Assembly (NCBI GenBank): GCA_051867135.1
Contig: JBJDYH010000223.1
Location: forward strand, 11,597-75,596
Length of the DNA stretch: 64,000 bases
Direction: 5' to 3'
Source: Faecousia sp.
GTDB lineage: Bacteria > Bacillota > Clostridia > Oscillospirales > Oscillospiraceae
Below the pieces are notes generated by a model. That model was not told the origin of the DNA, did not search any database, and saw nothing but the letters and a program-made list of their open reading frames with translations. Numbering within the stretch: the stretch's first letter is position 1; each line of letters opens with the position of its first letter. A program made the translations under genes and the position numbers. This document shows positions 1-10,702 of this stretch, piece by piece.

Positions 1-2675
1 CTGACCGCTATATGGCGTTCATTTATCCCCAAATGACCACCGCTATGGATTACATTCCAGAAAACGCTGTTTTGGTGCTCTGCGACCACAGCGCGCTCCA
101 CCGTGCCGCCAGAAGCCGCACCGAGGAAATGGGCTTACAGCTTGACAGTATGCTGCAGGGCGGCCTTTTGGCCGGGGAGCTTTGCGACTATGTATGTCAA
201 TGGGAAGATTTCTGCGGCAATCTGGAAGGAAAATGCGCTGTATATATGGATGCCTTTGGCGGCGCTTCCTACCCTGCCGAAAATCTGCCGAAGCAGCTTC
301 TTCCTATTACCGGAAAGCAGCTTCCCGGCTATGGCGGCAATATGGAAACTGCCGCAAGCGACCTTTCCCACTACCAGAAAATGGAATTTGCAACGCTGGT
401 GCTCTGCGGCAGCCGCAGAAGAGCGGAGCTTTTGCAGGAAATGCTGCGAGGCAAAAACCTCTCTTCTTTTCTATGCATTCCCCTAACCAGTATGCCCAAG
501 GCCGGGCAGATTCTTCTGGCAGAAGGAAGCCTTCCCTTCGGTATGGAGTATCCTACCGCCAAGCTGGCTGTGCTGACCGAAGGGCAGCTTTTGGCCCGGA
601 GCATCCCCAAGAAAAAGCAGAAGAAAACAGCAACCAACCGCCAAAAGCTGAACTCCTTTACAGACCTTACCCCCGGAGATTTGGTCGTCCACGAAAACTA
701 CGGCATTGGCCGCTTTGTCGCCATGGAGCAGATTCGGGTGGACGGGGCCATTAAGGACTATGTAAAAATTGCCTACCAAGGCTCCGATACCCTCTTTGTT
801 CCCGCTACGCAGCTCGACATGGTGAGCAAGTACATCGGCAGCGGCGGCGAAGACGGCAATGTGCGCCTGAACAAAATCGGCAGCGACGCATGGCAGAAAA
901 CCAAGGCCAAAGCAAAAAAAGCCGCCAAGGATATGGCAGGAGAGCTGATTCAGCTATATGCTGCCAGAAAGCGGCAGGAGGGCTACGCCTTTGCCGCGGA
1001 TGCCCCTTGGCAGCGGGAGTTTGAGGACAATTTCCCCTACCCGGAAACCGATGACCAGCTTCGCTGTATTGAGGAGATCAAGGGAGATATGGAGTCCCCT
1101 ACCCCCATGGATCGTTTGCTTTGCGGCGATGTGGGCTTTGGCAAGACAGAAGTAGCCCTGCGGGCGGTAATGAAATGCGTTATGGACGGCAAGCAGGCGG
1201 CAATTCTTGTGCCTACTACGGTGCTGGCTCAGCAGCATTACCAAACCGCCGTTGCCCGATTCCGTGGCTTTCCGGTGAACATCGATGTGCTTTCCCGCTT
1301 CCGTACCGCCGCGGAACAAAAGCGTACCGTTGCGAATTTACGCAGCGGCACCTGCGATGTGATCATCGGCACCCACAAGCTGCTGCAAAAATCCATTGAA
1401 TTTAAAGACCTTGGGCTGCTGATTGTAGACGAAGAGCAGCGCTTTGGCGTTAGTCACAAGGAGCGGCTAAAGGAACTCTCCAAAGGTGTGGATGTGCTTA
1501 CCCTGTCTGCTACGCCTATCCCCCGCACATTAAACATGGCCCTGTCCGGTATTCGGGATATGTCCACCTTGGAAGAGCCTCCGGCTGACCGCTATCCGGT
1601 ACAGACCTTTGTGATGGAGCATAACAATGCCATCATCGACGATGCTATCCGCAGAGAGGTGGAGCGAGGCGGTCAGGTATACTATCTGCACAATCGGGTA
1701 GAAACCATCGACCAATGCGCTTCGGCTATGAAACGGCGCATTCCCGGCCTGCAGGTAGCGGTAGCCCACGGCAAAATGGGAGAAGACGCGCTGGGGGATG
1801 TGATGCAGGCCATGGCTGACGGAGAAATTCAGGTTTTGGTATGTACCACGATTATCGAGACAGGTCTGGACATTCCCAACGCCAACACCCTGATTATCGA
1901 AAACGCCGACCGTTTTGGTCTGAGCCAGCTCCATCAGCTTCGGGGCCGGGTCGGCCGTTCTACCCGCCATGCCTACGCCTATTTCACCTATCGGCCGGAC
2001 AAGGCTCTTACGGAAATTGCGGAAAAGCGGCTAAATGCCATTCGGGACTTTGCGGAGTTTGGCTCCGGCTTCAAAATTGCCATGCGGGATTTGGAAATTC
2101 GCGGCGCGGGCAATCTTTTGGGCGCTGAGCAGTCCGGTCACATGATGAGCGTAGGCTACGATATGTACCTGAAGCTGCTGGACGAAGCCGTCCTGGAAGA
2201 AAAGGGCGAAAAGCCCAAGGAAGCAGACTGCACCGCCGACCTGAATGTTACCGCCAATGTGGATAAGGATTTTGTCGCCCGGGGGGAGGAACGGATGGAT
2301 CTTTACCGCCGCATGGCCGCCATTCGCACCCAAGAGGATGCGGACGATCTGCTGGACGAAATTGTCGACCGCTACGGCGAGCCGCCCAAGGGCGTGCTGA
2401 ACCTTATCGACATTGCCCTGCTTCGTGCCAATGCCAGAACCCTCGGCATTACGGACATCAAGCAGAAGGCATCCGATGTGCTCTTTACCCTGTCGGATAT
2501 CCACTTTGAAGCCTTCAGCGCCCTGTGCGCCGAAAAAGACTACAAAAACCGGGTTCAGCTAATCGCCAGCACCAAGGTGCCTACCATACGGCTGAAGCTG
2601 GCTTCCGGGGTAGACAGTCTGCGCCAATGCAAGGCATTTATCAAGCGGTACCAAACGCTTTCTCAGGTACAATAG
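1..2675 (+). CDS. mfd: Transcription-repair coupling factor (5' truncated by window edge)
   Basis: CarD-like RID (PGDLVVHENYGIGRF), SF2 motifs GDVGFGKT, DEEQRFG, SATPIPRT, QLRGRVGR, C-terminal TRCF domain; frame is open to position 1. Confidence 0.97.
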   Translation, partial: DRYMAFIYPQMTTAMDYIPENAVLVLCDHSALHRAARSRTEEMGLQLDSMLQGGLLAGELCDYVCQWEDFCGNLEGKCAVYMDAFGGASYPAENLPKQLLPITGKQLPGYGGNMETAASDLSHYQKMEFATLVLCGSRRRAELLQEMLRGKNLSSFLCIPLTSMPKAGQILLAEGSLPFGMEYPTAKLAVLTEGQLLARSIPKKKQKKTATNRQKLNSFTDLTPGDLVVHENYGIGRFVAMEQIRVDGAIKDYVKIAYQGSDTLFVPATQLDMVSKYIGSGGEDGNVRLNKIGSDAWQKTKAKAKKAAKDMAGELIQLYAARKRQEGYAFAADAPWQREFEDNFPYPETDDQLRCIEEIKGDMESPTPMDRLLCGDVGFGKTEVALRAVMKCVMDGKQAAILVPTTVLAQQHYQTAVARFRGFPVNIDVLSRFRTAAEQKRTVANLRSGTCDVIIGTHKLLQKSIEFKDLGLLIVDEEQRFGVSHKERLKELSKGVDVLTLSATPIPRTLNMALSGIRDMSTLEEPPADRYPVQTFVMEHNNAIIDDAIRREVERGGQVYYLHNRVETIDQCASAMKRRIPGLQVAVAHGKMGEDALGDVMQAMADGEIQVLVCTTIIETGLDIPNANTLIIENADRFGLSQLHQLRGRVGRSTRHAYAYFTYRPDKALTEIAEKRLNAIRDFAEFGSGFKIAMRDLEIRGAGNLLGAEQSGHMMSVGYDMYLKLLDEAVLEEKGEKPKEADCTADLNVTANVDKDFVARGEERMDLYRRMAAIRTQEDADDLLDEIVDRYGEPPKGVLNLIDIALLRANARTLGITDIKQKASDVLFTLSDIHFEAFSALCAEKDYKNRVQLIASTKVPTIRLKLASGVDSLRQCKAFIKRYQTLSQVQ

Positions 2676-2749
2676 TTTACAGTTTTGTAATGTAAGAAAT
2701 AGCCTTCTGTGGTAAAATAAGCATATCCTGAAAAAAGGAGGTTGCCAAT

Positions 2750-4498
2750 ATGGCTCAAAAAAAGCCCAATAAAAACGGCCTTAGCCGGGACGAACTGGAA
2801 ATGGATGAAGCCTATTATGGCCTGACCGGCAGAAAGCCCAAGGCAAAAAAAAGCCGCAACAACATGGTATATTTGGCTATAGGTCTGGCGGTTGTGCTGG
2901 TAGCAGCCATAGGGTTGGCCTTAGGCCTTGCCCTCAAATCGGACGGTGATGTTCTGGGGCCTGTACGCATTGGCTCCATTGATTTAGAAGGGTTAACCAC
3001 CAAACAAGCCCGCGCTCAACTAAAGGAGCTGGCCCAAGTATATGAAGACACGCCCATGACCGTTATGGTAATGGATCAGGTTATCACCATTTATCCCGAC
3101 AATCATATGTCTGGGCTGGATGTGGACGCGATTGTTCGGGACGCGAAAAAGGTATCCGCCAAAGATGGCGTAACCAATCTGGATATTGTAGCCTATCTCG
3201 GTATTGATGAAATATCCATTCGCCAAACCCTGCTTCCCTTAGAGCAAGCCTATGGCGTGACACCCAGCAAGACCCAGTGGTCCGTAACAGGCCAAGACCC
3301 CGACCCCAACGACCCGCTGGATGCGGGAAGTAAAAAGCTGGTAGTTACTATGGGCGTTCCGGATTACGGACTGGATATGGATAAGCTCTATCAACTGATT
3401 CTGCAGGGGTATCGCCATGAGAATTTCTATGTATCCATGGAGTGCTCCGTGGTAGAGCCGGAAATCCCTGATTTGGAAGATATTTACTCGCTGGTTTGTA
3501 CCGACAGCGCCGATGCCATTGTGGATGAAAAAACCTTTGAAATCACCCCTGAGGTATACGGCTATGGCTTCGACCTTCCCGCTGCTCTGGCTGCCCTGCA
3601 AGGCTGCCCCTATGGCGAGACTATGGAGTTTCCTTTCCTTCCCAAGATTCCGGAGCTAACTCAAGAAATGGTTGAACAAGAGCTTTACGGCGATATTCTG
3701 GGGGAATACAAAACACCCCATACCCCGGAAAGCAACCGAAATGTGAATCTTCGCCTGGCCTGCGAGGCCATCAACGGAACCATCGTTCTCCCCGGAGAGA
3801 CTTTTTCTTTCAACAAGGCTCTGGGTGAACGCACCGAGGAGAGGGGCTATAAGCCCGCTGCCAGCTATGTCAACGGGTTGACTGTGGATACCGTAGGCGG
3901 TGGCATTTGTCAGGTATCCTCAACGCTGTACTATGTATGCCTGCTTTCCGATATGGACATCGTTGTTCGGGCACCCCACGGCTATGTGTCCAGCTATATC
4001 CCCATGGGTATGGACGCATCCGTAAGCTGGGGCTCTCAGGACTATAAGTTCAAAAACAGCAATGCTACCCCCATCCGTATTGAAGCTTGGATGGAGGGCG
4101 GTTATGTGAATGTTCGCATTTGGGGTCAGGAAACCCGGGACTATTATGTGGAGCTTTATTATGAAGAGCTATCTTCCGAACCCTACGATGTTGTTTACAA
4201 GGAATATCCCCCGGATAATAAAGATGGTTATGAGCACGGCGATGTAATCATTACGCCCTACACCGGCTATACCGTAAAAACCTATAAAAAACTTATCAAC
4301 AGAGAAACCGGAAAGACCATCAAAACCGTATTTATTACGGATACCAAATACAGCAAGCGGGATAAGGTGATTTGCCTGATTGTAGACCCCACTCAGACAA
4401 CGCCTCCCGAAACCACGCCTCCGGAGACTTCCCCCGCTGAAACCACGCCTCCGGAAACTACTCCTGCTGAAACGGTTACTACAGCAGCTACTACCTAA
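2750..4498 (+). CDS. VanW family membrane-anchored protein with C-terminal Thr/Pro repeats
   Basis: N-terminal TM, RNVNLRLACEAINGTIVLPGETFSFN and GGGICQVSSTLY VanW motifs; SD GGAGG. Confidence 0.88.
   Translation: MAQKKPNKNGLSRDELEMDEAYYGLTGRKPKAKKSRNNMVYLAIGLAVVLVAAIGLALGLALKSDGDVLGPVRIGSIDLEGLTTKQARAQLKELAQVYEDTPMTVMVMDQVITIYPDNHMSGLDVDAIVRDAKKVSAKDGVTNLDIVAYLGIDEISIRQTLLPLEQAYGVTPSKTQWSVTGQDPDPNDPLDAGSKKLVVTMGVPDYGLDMDKLYQLILQGYRHENFYVSMECSVVEPEIPDLEDIYSLVCTDSADAIVDEKTFEITPEVYGYGFDLPAALAALQGCPYGETMEFPFLPKIPELTQEMVEQELYGDILGEYKTPHTPESNRNVNLRLACEAINGTIVLPGETFSFNKALGERTEERGYKPAASYVNGLTVDTVGGGICQVSSTLYYVCLLSDMDIVVRAPHGYVSSYIPMGMDASVSWGSQDYKFKNSNATPIRIEAWMEGGYVNVRIWGQETRDYYVELYYEELSSEPYDVVYKEYPPDNKDGYEHGDVIITPYTGYTVKTYKKLINRETGKTIKTVFITDTKYSKRDKVICLIVDPTQTTPPETTPPETSPAETTPPETTPAETVTTAATT
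4396..4475 (+). repeat. 15-bp tandem coding repeat (TTPPE/TSPAE x5)
   Basis: Seen in DNA and translation. Confidence 0.85.
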
Positions 4499-4499
4499 A

Positions 4500-4538
4500 A
4501 ATAGCGGTGCAGTTCCCAGTAAACTGCACCGCTAATTT
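4500..4538. terminator. Bidirectional intrinsic terminator
   Basis: tagcggtgcagtt / aactgcaccgcta between convergent genes. Confidence 0.8.
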
Positions 4539-5823
4539 ATTTGCATCCGGGCATTTCTTCAACCCGCAGCGCCGCCTTGTGGGCGATTGGCTTCCACTCT
4601 ACTTTGGTAAACAGCGCAACAATGCAGGAGATTTTTCCTATGGTATCAAAGGCAGGGAAAGTCAGGCAAAACCAGAGCTTTCTCCAAAGGGGCAGCTTCT
4701 CCATTCGCTTTCGCTCCATAAAAAGGACATATCCGGCAGTAATCGCTCTGAGGCCGTAGGTTTTCAGGCTAGCCAGCAGCCCCAAGACCGTTAGATTCCA
4801 AATTGCCTGCCCGGAAGCAGCCCCAAACCCTGCTGCAAGGATAATGGATATTCGCAGCAGATAGATAACTACTTTTTTGATAAGAAGCATCATGCTTCTG
4901 GGGTATACAATGGTCAGCATATCGGCGCTTAATATGCGCCTATATAGCCCTTTCCCCCGAAAAATCCGCGCTAAGAGCTTTCCGCCGGTTTGCTTTGTCA
5001 CCAGCAGATTGCCTTTGGCCCAACGAAGTCTTTGGCGCAGAGCCGTATGAATATCCTCAGGCTGCTCATCGTAAAATTCCGCCTGATGCTGGTAAGATAT
5101 GCGGTAGCCCTTTGCCACAGCATCGGCGCAAAAGGCTCTGTCCTCGGTAAGGCAGGTATAATTCCAGCCGTCCTGAATCAGCTCTGAGGCGAAAAGGTAA
5201 CCCGTTCCCTGCACACGGCAGGCCATGTGCAGAAGGCTTCTTCCCCGGTGCTCCATGCGGCAAGTGCGCAGCCAATGGATGCCATAGGAGGCTGATATCC
5301 AGTTTGCGGAGAAATTCTTGATGTTACGGTAGGAAGTAACAATCTTTTCCCCGGCATCAAAGGCTTCATTCATGCGCCGTATGTAATCCTTTTTCAAGAG
5401 GTTGTCCGCATCGAAAATAAAATAGCCTTCATAATGGTCAATTCCAAAATCTCTGCGAATACGCTCCACCAAGAACTGCAAAGCATAGCCTTTGCTGCGG
5501 TGCAAGGAATCTTTTCTTTCATAGCAGATGGCTCCCGCTTTGGTAGTAACGGCGGCTGTTCCATCGGTACAATTATCCGCCACCACAAAGACATCCACCA
5601 GTTCTTTTGGGTAATCCTGAGCTTGAATACTCGCAATCAGGTTGCCAATGACTGCCTCTTCATTTCTCGCCGCAATCAATATGGCGTATTTGTGAAAGCA
5701 TTTTGCTTCCTGAAACTTTCGGGTAGTAAAAAAACCAAGCAGAGCATATACCAATCGGTTCAAATAAAAAACACTAATCACGGCGGAAACAGCCGAAATA
5801 ATCCGTATTGCCCAAATTGCCAC
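4537..5823 (-). CDS. Glycosyltransferase family 2 (processive, membrane-bound)
   Basis: ARNEE, ADNCTD, FDAD, LTED and QRLRW motifs; GTG start at 5823 with AGGAGG SD. Confidence 0.9.
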   Translation of the reverse strand: MAIWAIRIISAVSAVISVFYLNRLVYALLGFFTTRKFQEAKCFHKYAILIAARNEEAVIGNLIASIQAQDYPKELVDVFVVADNCTDGTAAVTTKAGAICYERKDSLHRSKGYALQFLVERIRRDFGIDHYEGYFIFDADNLLKKDYIRRMNEAFDAGEKIVTSYRNIKNFSANWISASYGIHWLRTCRMEHRGRSLLHMACRVQGTGYLFASELIQDGWNYTCLTEDRAFCADAVAKGYRISYQHQAEFYDEQPEDIHTALRQRLRWAKGNLLVTKQTGGKLLARIFRGKGLYRRILSADMLTIVYPRSMMLLIKKVVIYLLRISIILAAGFGAASGQAIWNLTVLGLLASLKTYGLRAITAGYVLFMERKRMEKLPLWRKLWFCLTFPAFDTIGKISCIVALFTKVEWKPIAHKAALRVEEMPGCK

Positions 5824-5960
5824 GGAAAATCCTCCTAAAAATCGAATTTTTTTCCTGATTATATCCCCCTTCCATTGCAAAAACAATCGAAGAAAGCCAA
5901 TATTAAGCAGCCATTCATCAAACATTAATAAAGCACCGCATTTGGGCGGTGCTCGTAGGT

Positions 5961-6383
5961 TTATAAAGCAGTTACATCCAAATGGTAAATAATCAGGCCG
6001 GAGGCGGTGTTTTCAATATCAATGGCGTAGACAAGGTCGAGAGTACCACCTTTTTCGTCCAGACTGTAGTCAACTTGGGAGGCGTAGACGGTAATCTGCA
6101 AAGCACCGAACTCCATTTGATACAGGCTGTGGTGGTACTGCCCTACCTCAAAATGCATCTGCGACTGCAACGCGCCATTGCGGGAAAGCGTAACCTTACC
6201 GGGCTGAATGAAAAAGGAAGTAGTTACCCCTTTTAGGCCGGTCAGCTCGCTTTCCTCATAGCTGATGTGCCAGCCATCCCCATCCCGCTCGATAGTACCC
6301 TCGGTAGTTAGCTCAATGATTTCCGGGTCCTGATCCAGATAGGTCTGCCGTCCGGTAAGCTTCAGCATAACAGGGGTCTTCAT
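5961..6383 (-). CDS. DUF1934 family protein
   Basis: ISYEESELTGLKG..TT motif, 140 aa beta-rich protein. Confidence 0.8.
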   Translation of the reverse strand: MKTPVMLKLTGRQTYLDQDPEIIELTTEGTIERDGDGWHISYEESELTGLKGVTTSFFIQPGKVTLSRNGALQSQMHFEVGQYHHSLYQMEFGALQITVYASQVDYSLDEKGGTLDLVYAIDIENTASGLIIYHLDVTAL

Positions 6384-7450
6384 CTGCCGGCCTCCTGCGC
6401 AAGGTCCAAAAGCTGGTCGATCAGTTGGGTATAGGGAATGCCGCTGGCGGCAAAAAGCTTGGGATACATGGAGATAGAGGTAAATCCGGGGAGCGTATTG
6501 ATTTCGTTAAATACAATGCGCTCCCCCTCATAGGTAACAAAAAAGTCTACCCGGCTCAAACCGCAGCAACCGATGGCCTTATACACCTTGATGGCAGCCT
6601 CTCTCACCTGCTCCTCAGTTTCCTCGGAAATCCGGGCGGGAATATAGGCTACGGAAGTATCGGTAAGGTACTTGGCATCGTAATCATAGAACTCTGCGCC
6701 GGAATCAATTTCGCCGCAGATGGATGCCACAGGATTGTCGTTGCCCATAACGGCAACCTCTACCTCACGGCCGTGGATAAACTCCTCAACAAGGATTTTA
6801 TCATCATATCGGGCGGCCTCGTTCAAAGCGGCGCAAAGGGCATTGCGGTCAGCCGCCTTGGATACGCCCACGGAAGAACCGGTACCGGCAGGTTTTACAA
6901 ACATGGGATAGCTGAATTTTCCTTCCAGCTTATCCACCACATGATCTATATGGCTGCTCAACTCATCAGCTCTGACCAAAAGCCAATCTGCCTGGGGAAT
7001 GGAGGCGTTATCGGCTACCAGCTTGGTAAGGGTCTTATCCATAGCCACAGCAGAAGCTGCAACATGAGGCCCTACATAGGGAATCCCCGCCAGCTTCAAA
7101 AGGCCCTGCATAGCGCCGTCTTCTCCGTTTTCACCATGGAGCACCGGGAAGCAAACATCAATTTTGACCGTCAGCATACCTTCGGCGGTAAACAGCAGAA
7201 GACCCTGCCCCTTTACGGGAGAAATCAAAGCATCGCAATTATCTTCGCAGCTCTGCCACGTATCCGCCGGAAGCATAGAATAGTCATTGGAGCCGAAATA
7301 AATCCACTTGCCCTCCCGGGTAATGCCTACGGGATATACTTGATTGTGCTCTTTATCGATCTGGTTCAGCACACTTTCCGCGCTGCGCAGAGAAACCGCA
7401 TGTTCAGGGCTGACACCGCCAAAGAGAATACACACATTGCGTTTATTCAT
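6380..7450 (-). CDS. ddl: D-alanine--D-alanine ligase
   Basis: FGGVSPEHAVSL, LHGENGEDG, GSSVG, FYDYDAKY, NEINTLPGFT. Confidence 0.97.
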   Translation of the reverse strand: MNKRNVCILFGGVSPEHAVSLRSAESVLNQIDKEHNQVYPVGITREGKWIYFGSNDYSMLPADTWQSCEDNCDALISPVKGQGLLLFTAEGMLTVKIDVCFPVLHGENGEDGAMQGLLKLAGIPYVGPHVAASAVAMDKTLTKLVADNASIPQADWLLVRADELSSHIDHVVDKLEGKFSYPMFVKPAGTGSSVGVSKAADRNALCAALNEAARYDDKILVEEFIHGREVEVAVMGNDNPVASICGEIDSGAEFYDYDAKYLTDTSVAYIPARISEETEEQVREAAIKVYKAIGCCGLSRVDFFVTYEGERIVFNEINTLPGFTSISMYPKLFAASGIPYTQLIDQLLDLAQEAGR

Positions 7451-7566
7451 AACAATCGCCTCACTTATTCGGGAATTATTATATGCGAAAAATTTTACAA
7501 ATTACCTCTGGAATTTTGCAAGAGTTGTGCTATAATAGCGTAACCAACTTGGAAAGGGGAAAGACT

Positions 7567-7977
7567 ATGGAGCTTCATCTCAGCCGAAAAGAATTCCGGC
7601 GGCTGCTGGATCTGGTGTATATGGGCAACTGGGTGCTCAATTCCACCCGGGGCGAAGACCGCTTCGCCGACTATGACGCAGTAGAATCCAAGCTGTTTGG
7701 CCTTTGCCTTCAGGAAGGAATGCAGGAGCTTACAGCGATTCACGACGGCATCCCCATCCCCTCTCAGGCTTATATGGAGGGCGGCATCCACGAAGCGATT
7801 AACGCCTATGAGGATACGGTATTCTACGAAATCCTGGCCGAGGAGTTGTCCCGCAGAGATATGGACTACCCGGAGATTACCGAGGAAAACTACGACGAAA
7901 TTCTATGCCGAATGGACGGCTATATGCAGGAGTTTCACCACAGCGGCGTGGATCATTTAATACTGGATAAGGAATAA
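7567..7977 (+). CDS. Conserved-looking acidic hypothetical protein
   Basis: ATG at 7567 with GAAAGGGGA SD; TTGCAA..TATAAT promoter upstream; terminator downstream. Confidence 0.7.
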   Translation: MELHLSRKEFRRLLDLVYMGNWVLNSTRGEDRFADYDAVESKLFGLCLQEGMQELTAIHDGIPIPSQAYMEGGIHEAINAYEDTVFYEILAEELSRRDMDYPEITEENYDEILCRMDGYMQEFHHSGVDHLILDKE

Positions 7978-7984
7978 CTTTTTG

Positions 7985-8012
7985 AAAAATCGGGGTGAAA
8001 ACCCCGATTTTT
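7985..8012. terminator. Bidirectional terminator
   Basis: aaaaatcggggt-gaaa-accccgattttt. Confidence 0.8.
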
Positions 8013-9370
8013 TATTTCAACAGGGCTTCGCCGGCACGGTAGATATCTCCTGCGCCGACAGTAAGGATCACATCGCCGGGCTTGGCAATGCCGCGAAGGC
8101 TTGCAGTAACCTCAGGCAGCGAAGCGCAGTAGATAGCGCCGGGAATATGCTTCACAAGGTCTTTGGAAGAAATGCCAATGGTATTGCGCTCCCGGGCCGC
8201 ATAAATCTCAGCAAGCACTACTAAATCGGGCTTACGAAGCTGGCAAACAAAATCCTCAAACAAGGCTTTGGTACGAGTATAGGTATGGGGCTGAAAAGCA
8301 ACCACGATTCGGTCATATCCCATAGATTGTACCGCTTCAATAGTAGCTGCAAGCTCATCGGGATGATGGGCATAGTCGTCATAGACAACAGCGCCGTTAT
8401 AAGTCCCCTTATACTCCAAACGGCGCCGCGCGCCATGGAAAGTAGCCAGACCGTTCTGTACAGCTTCTCCGGGAATGCCCAGCATCCAAGCAACGCCGGA
8501 GGCAGCCAAAGCATTCATTGCGTTATGCTTTCCCAGCACAGAAAGCTCCAGATGACAATAAAGCTTGCCGTCACAAATTACATCAAAGCTTTGCCACTGG
8601 TGGCTGATATTTTCTGCTCTTACCCGGTTGTTCCCATTCAGGCCAAAGCTGATATAATCCATACCCTCAAGAGCCTGACAGGTATGTTCGTCATCGCCGT
8701 TGGCAAGAACGCCCCCGGTAGAAAGCTGAGCAAAAGCACGGAAGGATTTCTGCACATCCGCCAAATCCTTAAAATAGTCCAGATGGTCGGCTTCCACATT
8801 GAGGATAACTGCCAGAGTGGGAAAGAAATTCAGGAAGCTGTCACAGTATTCGCAGCTTTCCAGCAAGATGGTATCCCCATCGCCAACCCGATGGCCTGCG
8901 TGGAGCAGGGGCAAATCGCCGCCGATCATAACGGTCGGGTCCCAGTCAGCCTCCATAAGAATATGGGTAACCATGGAGGTAGTTGTGGTTTTGCCGTGGG
9001 TGCCGGAAATGCAAATGGCATTTTTATAGGCCTGCATAATCACGCCCCATGCCTGTGCCCGCTCAAAGATGGGCAGGCCCTCCATTCTGGCAGCCGCAAT
9101 CTCCGGATTATCGTTGTGAGCAGCGGCCGTACGGATAATGCAATCCGCACCTTGTATATTCTCAGGGCGGTGCCCAATAGACACATGAATGCCCTTTGCG
9201 ATTAGTTCGTCGGTAGAGACAGAACTATTCATATCAGAGCCGGTAACCAGCAATCCCATGCCCTTCAGCACAAGGCCCAGCGGACGCATGGAAACGCCGC
9301 CGATGCCCACAAGATGAACATGTTTACCGGGCTGTAAGTATTCTTTTAATTCTTGGCTAGAATGATCCAT
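8012..9370 (-). CDS. murC: UDP-N-acetylmuramate--L-alanine ligase
   Basis: GIGGVSM, GTHGKTTTT, DHLDYF, DDYAHHP, FQPHTYTRT. Confidence 0.97.
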   Translation of the reverse strand: MDHSSQELKEYLQPGKHVHLVGIGGVSMRPLGLVLKGMGLLVTGSDMNSSVSTDELIAKGIHVSIGHRPENIQGADCIIRTAAAHNDNPEIAAARMEGLPIFERAQAWGVIMQAYKNAICISGTHGKTTTTSMVTHILMEADWDPTVMIGGDLPLLHAGHRVGDGDTILLESCEYCDSFLNFFPTLAVILNVEADHLDYFKDLADVQKSFRAFAQLSTGGVLANGDDEHTCQALEGMDYISFGLNGNNRVRAENISHQWQSFDVICDGKLYCHLELSVLGKHNAMNALAASGVAWMLGIPGEAVQNGLATFHGARRRLEYKGTYNGAVVYDDYAHHPDELAATIEAVQSMGYDRIVVAFQPHTYTRTKALFEDFVCQLRKPDLVVLAEIYAARERNTIGISSKDLVKHIPGAIYCASLPEVTASLRGIAKPGDVILTVGAGDIYRAGEALLK

Positions 9371-9814
9371 TCGATATAGCTCCTAATAACCATATAGGTT
9401 TCAATTTCAATAACCTGTGTATTATAACCGATTTTAGCCCTGTTTACAACCAGCAAAATATCCAAAAAAGTATCATAATAGGCTAAAAATCGACATTATT
9501 CTTGTTCAGCATCTCCATGCAAGCGTCTTCCCCTCCTTTCATCAACACAAAATATAAGTTGCGGATTACGCCGGAAACAGCCTCTTGCGCGGAATGCATT
9601 ACTTCAGTTTCCCCGAAAGTATCATGATATAAATGTTATCCGAATGAAAGCAAGCAATGAATAAATCTTGTATATTTATTCGTTTTATATTTTCCTAAAA
9701 ACTATTGTTTTCCTTCCGCGTTTCCATAGTCCTCCTGAAATATTCAATTATTCATAGTTTAATATGTATTTTTGTTGTTATTTTCCAGATTTAATTAAAA
9801 TATTTCCCAACGGT

Positions 9815-9858
9815 TGTATTGATATACAATTGACATTGAATAATATGCATGATATAAT
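9815..9858 (+). promoter_or_regulatory. Consensus sigma-A promoter with adjacent ARG-box-like palindrome
   Basis: TTGACA(9830)-17 nt-TATAAT(9853); TGTAT-TGAT-ATACA at 9815-9828. Confidence 0.75.
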
Positions 9859-9911
9859 GCCTCCATCAAATCCGCTCCCCCTTCTGGGAGCACAAAAAAG
9901 GAGTAATATTT

Positions 9912-10694
9912 ATGAAAAAATTTATGGCATTGCTCATGGCTCTGGTTATGATTCTGGGCCTGATGGCTGGCTGTTCCAAGAGCGACAGCAGCAATGGCGG
10001 TATGACCATCAACGAAGGCAAGCTGGTCATGTCCACCAATGCTCAGTTCCCTCCCTACGAGTACACCGATGATAACGGCAGCTTCTTAGGTATTGATGTT
10101 GAAGTCGCACAGGCCATTGCCGACAAGCTGGGCCTTGAGCTGGTAATTGACGATATGGGCTTTACCGCTGCTCTGGAAGCCGCTCAGAACGGCAAGAGCG
10201 ATATGGTTATGGCCGGCGTTACCGTTACGGAAACCCGCAAGGCCGTTATGGACTTCTCCATTAGCTACGCTACCGGAATTCAGGTAATTATCGTTAAGGA
10301 GGATTCCTCCATCGCTTCTGTGGATGATTTGGACGGTAAGCTGATTGGTACTCAGCTTGGTACTACCGGCTACCTGTACTGCTCTGATACCCCCGAAAAC
10401 GGCGGTTATGGCGAAGATGCTGTGATTGGCTATGACAACGGTATTACCGCTGTTCAGGCTCTGATGAACGGTCAGGTTGACTGCGTGGTTATCGACAAGG
10501 CGCCCGCTGAGGCTTTTGTTGCCTCCAACCCCGGCCTGAAGATTCTGGAAACCGAGTTTACCGTAGAAGATTACGCCATCGGCTTTGCTAAGGGCAATAC
10601 CGAGCTGAAGGAAGCTGTTGACGGCGCTCTGCAGGAGCTCATCGCTGACGGCACCATCCAGAAGATCGTAGATAAGTACATCCCCGCAGAGTAA
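9912..10694 (+). CDS. Polar amino acid ABC transporter substrate-binding lipoprotein
   Basis: Lipobox LMAGC, TNAQFPPYEY, GIDVEVAQAIA (SBP_bac_3). Confidence 0.93.
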   Translation: MKKFMALLMALVMILGLMAGCSKSDSSNGGMTINEGKLVMSTNAQFPPYEYTDDNGSFLGIDVEVAQAIADKLGLELVIDDMGFTAALEAAQNGKSDMVMAGVTVTETRKAVMDFSISYATGIQVIIVKEDSSIASVDDLDGKLIGTQLGTTGYLYCSDTPENGGYGEDAVIGYDNGITAVQALMNGQVDCVVIDKAPAEAFVASNPGLKILETEFTVEDYAIGFAKGNTELKEAVDGALQELIADGTIQKIVDKYIPAE

Positions 10695-10702
10695 AATCTG
10701 CG

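Noticed and set aside
2750-7450. Vancomycin resistance locus (VanW plus D-Ala ligase)
   Set aside because: No vanH/X/R/S; the ligase has the YDYDAKY D-Ala-D-Ala-type loop; VanW-domain proteins are common in Clostridia
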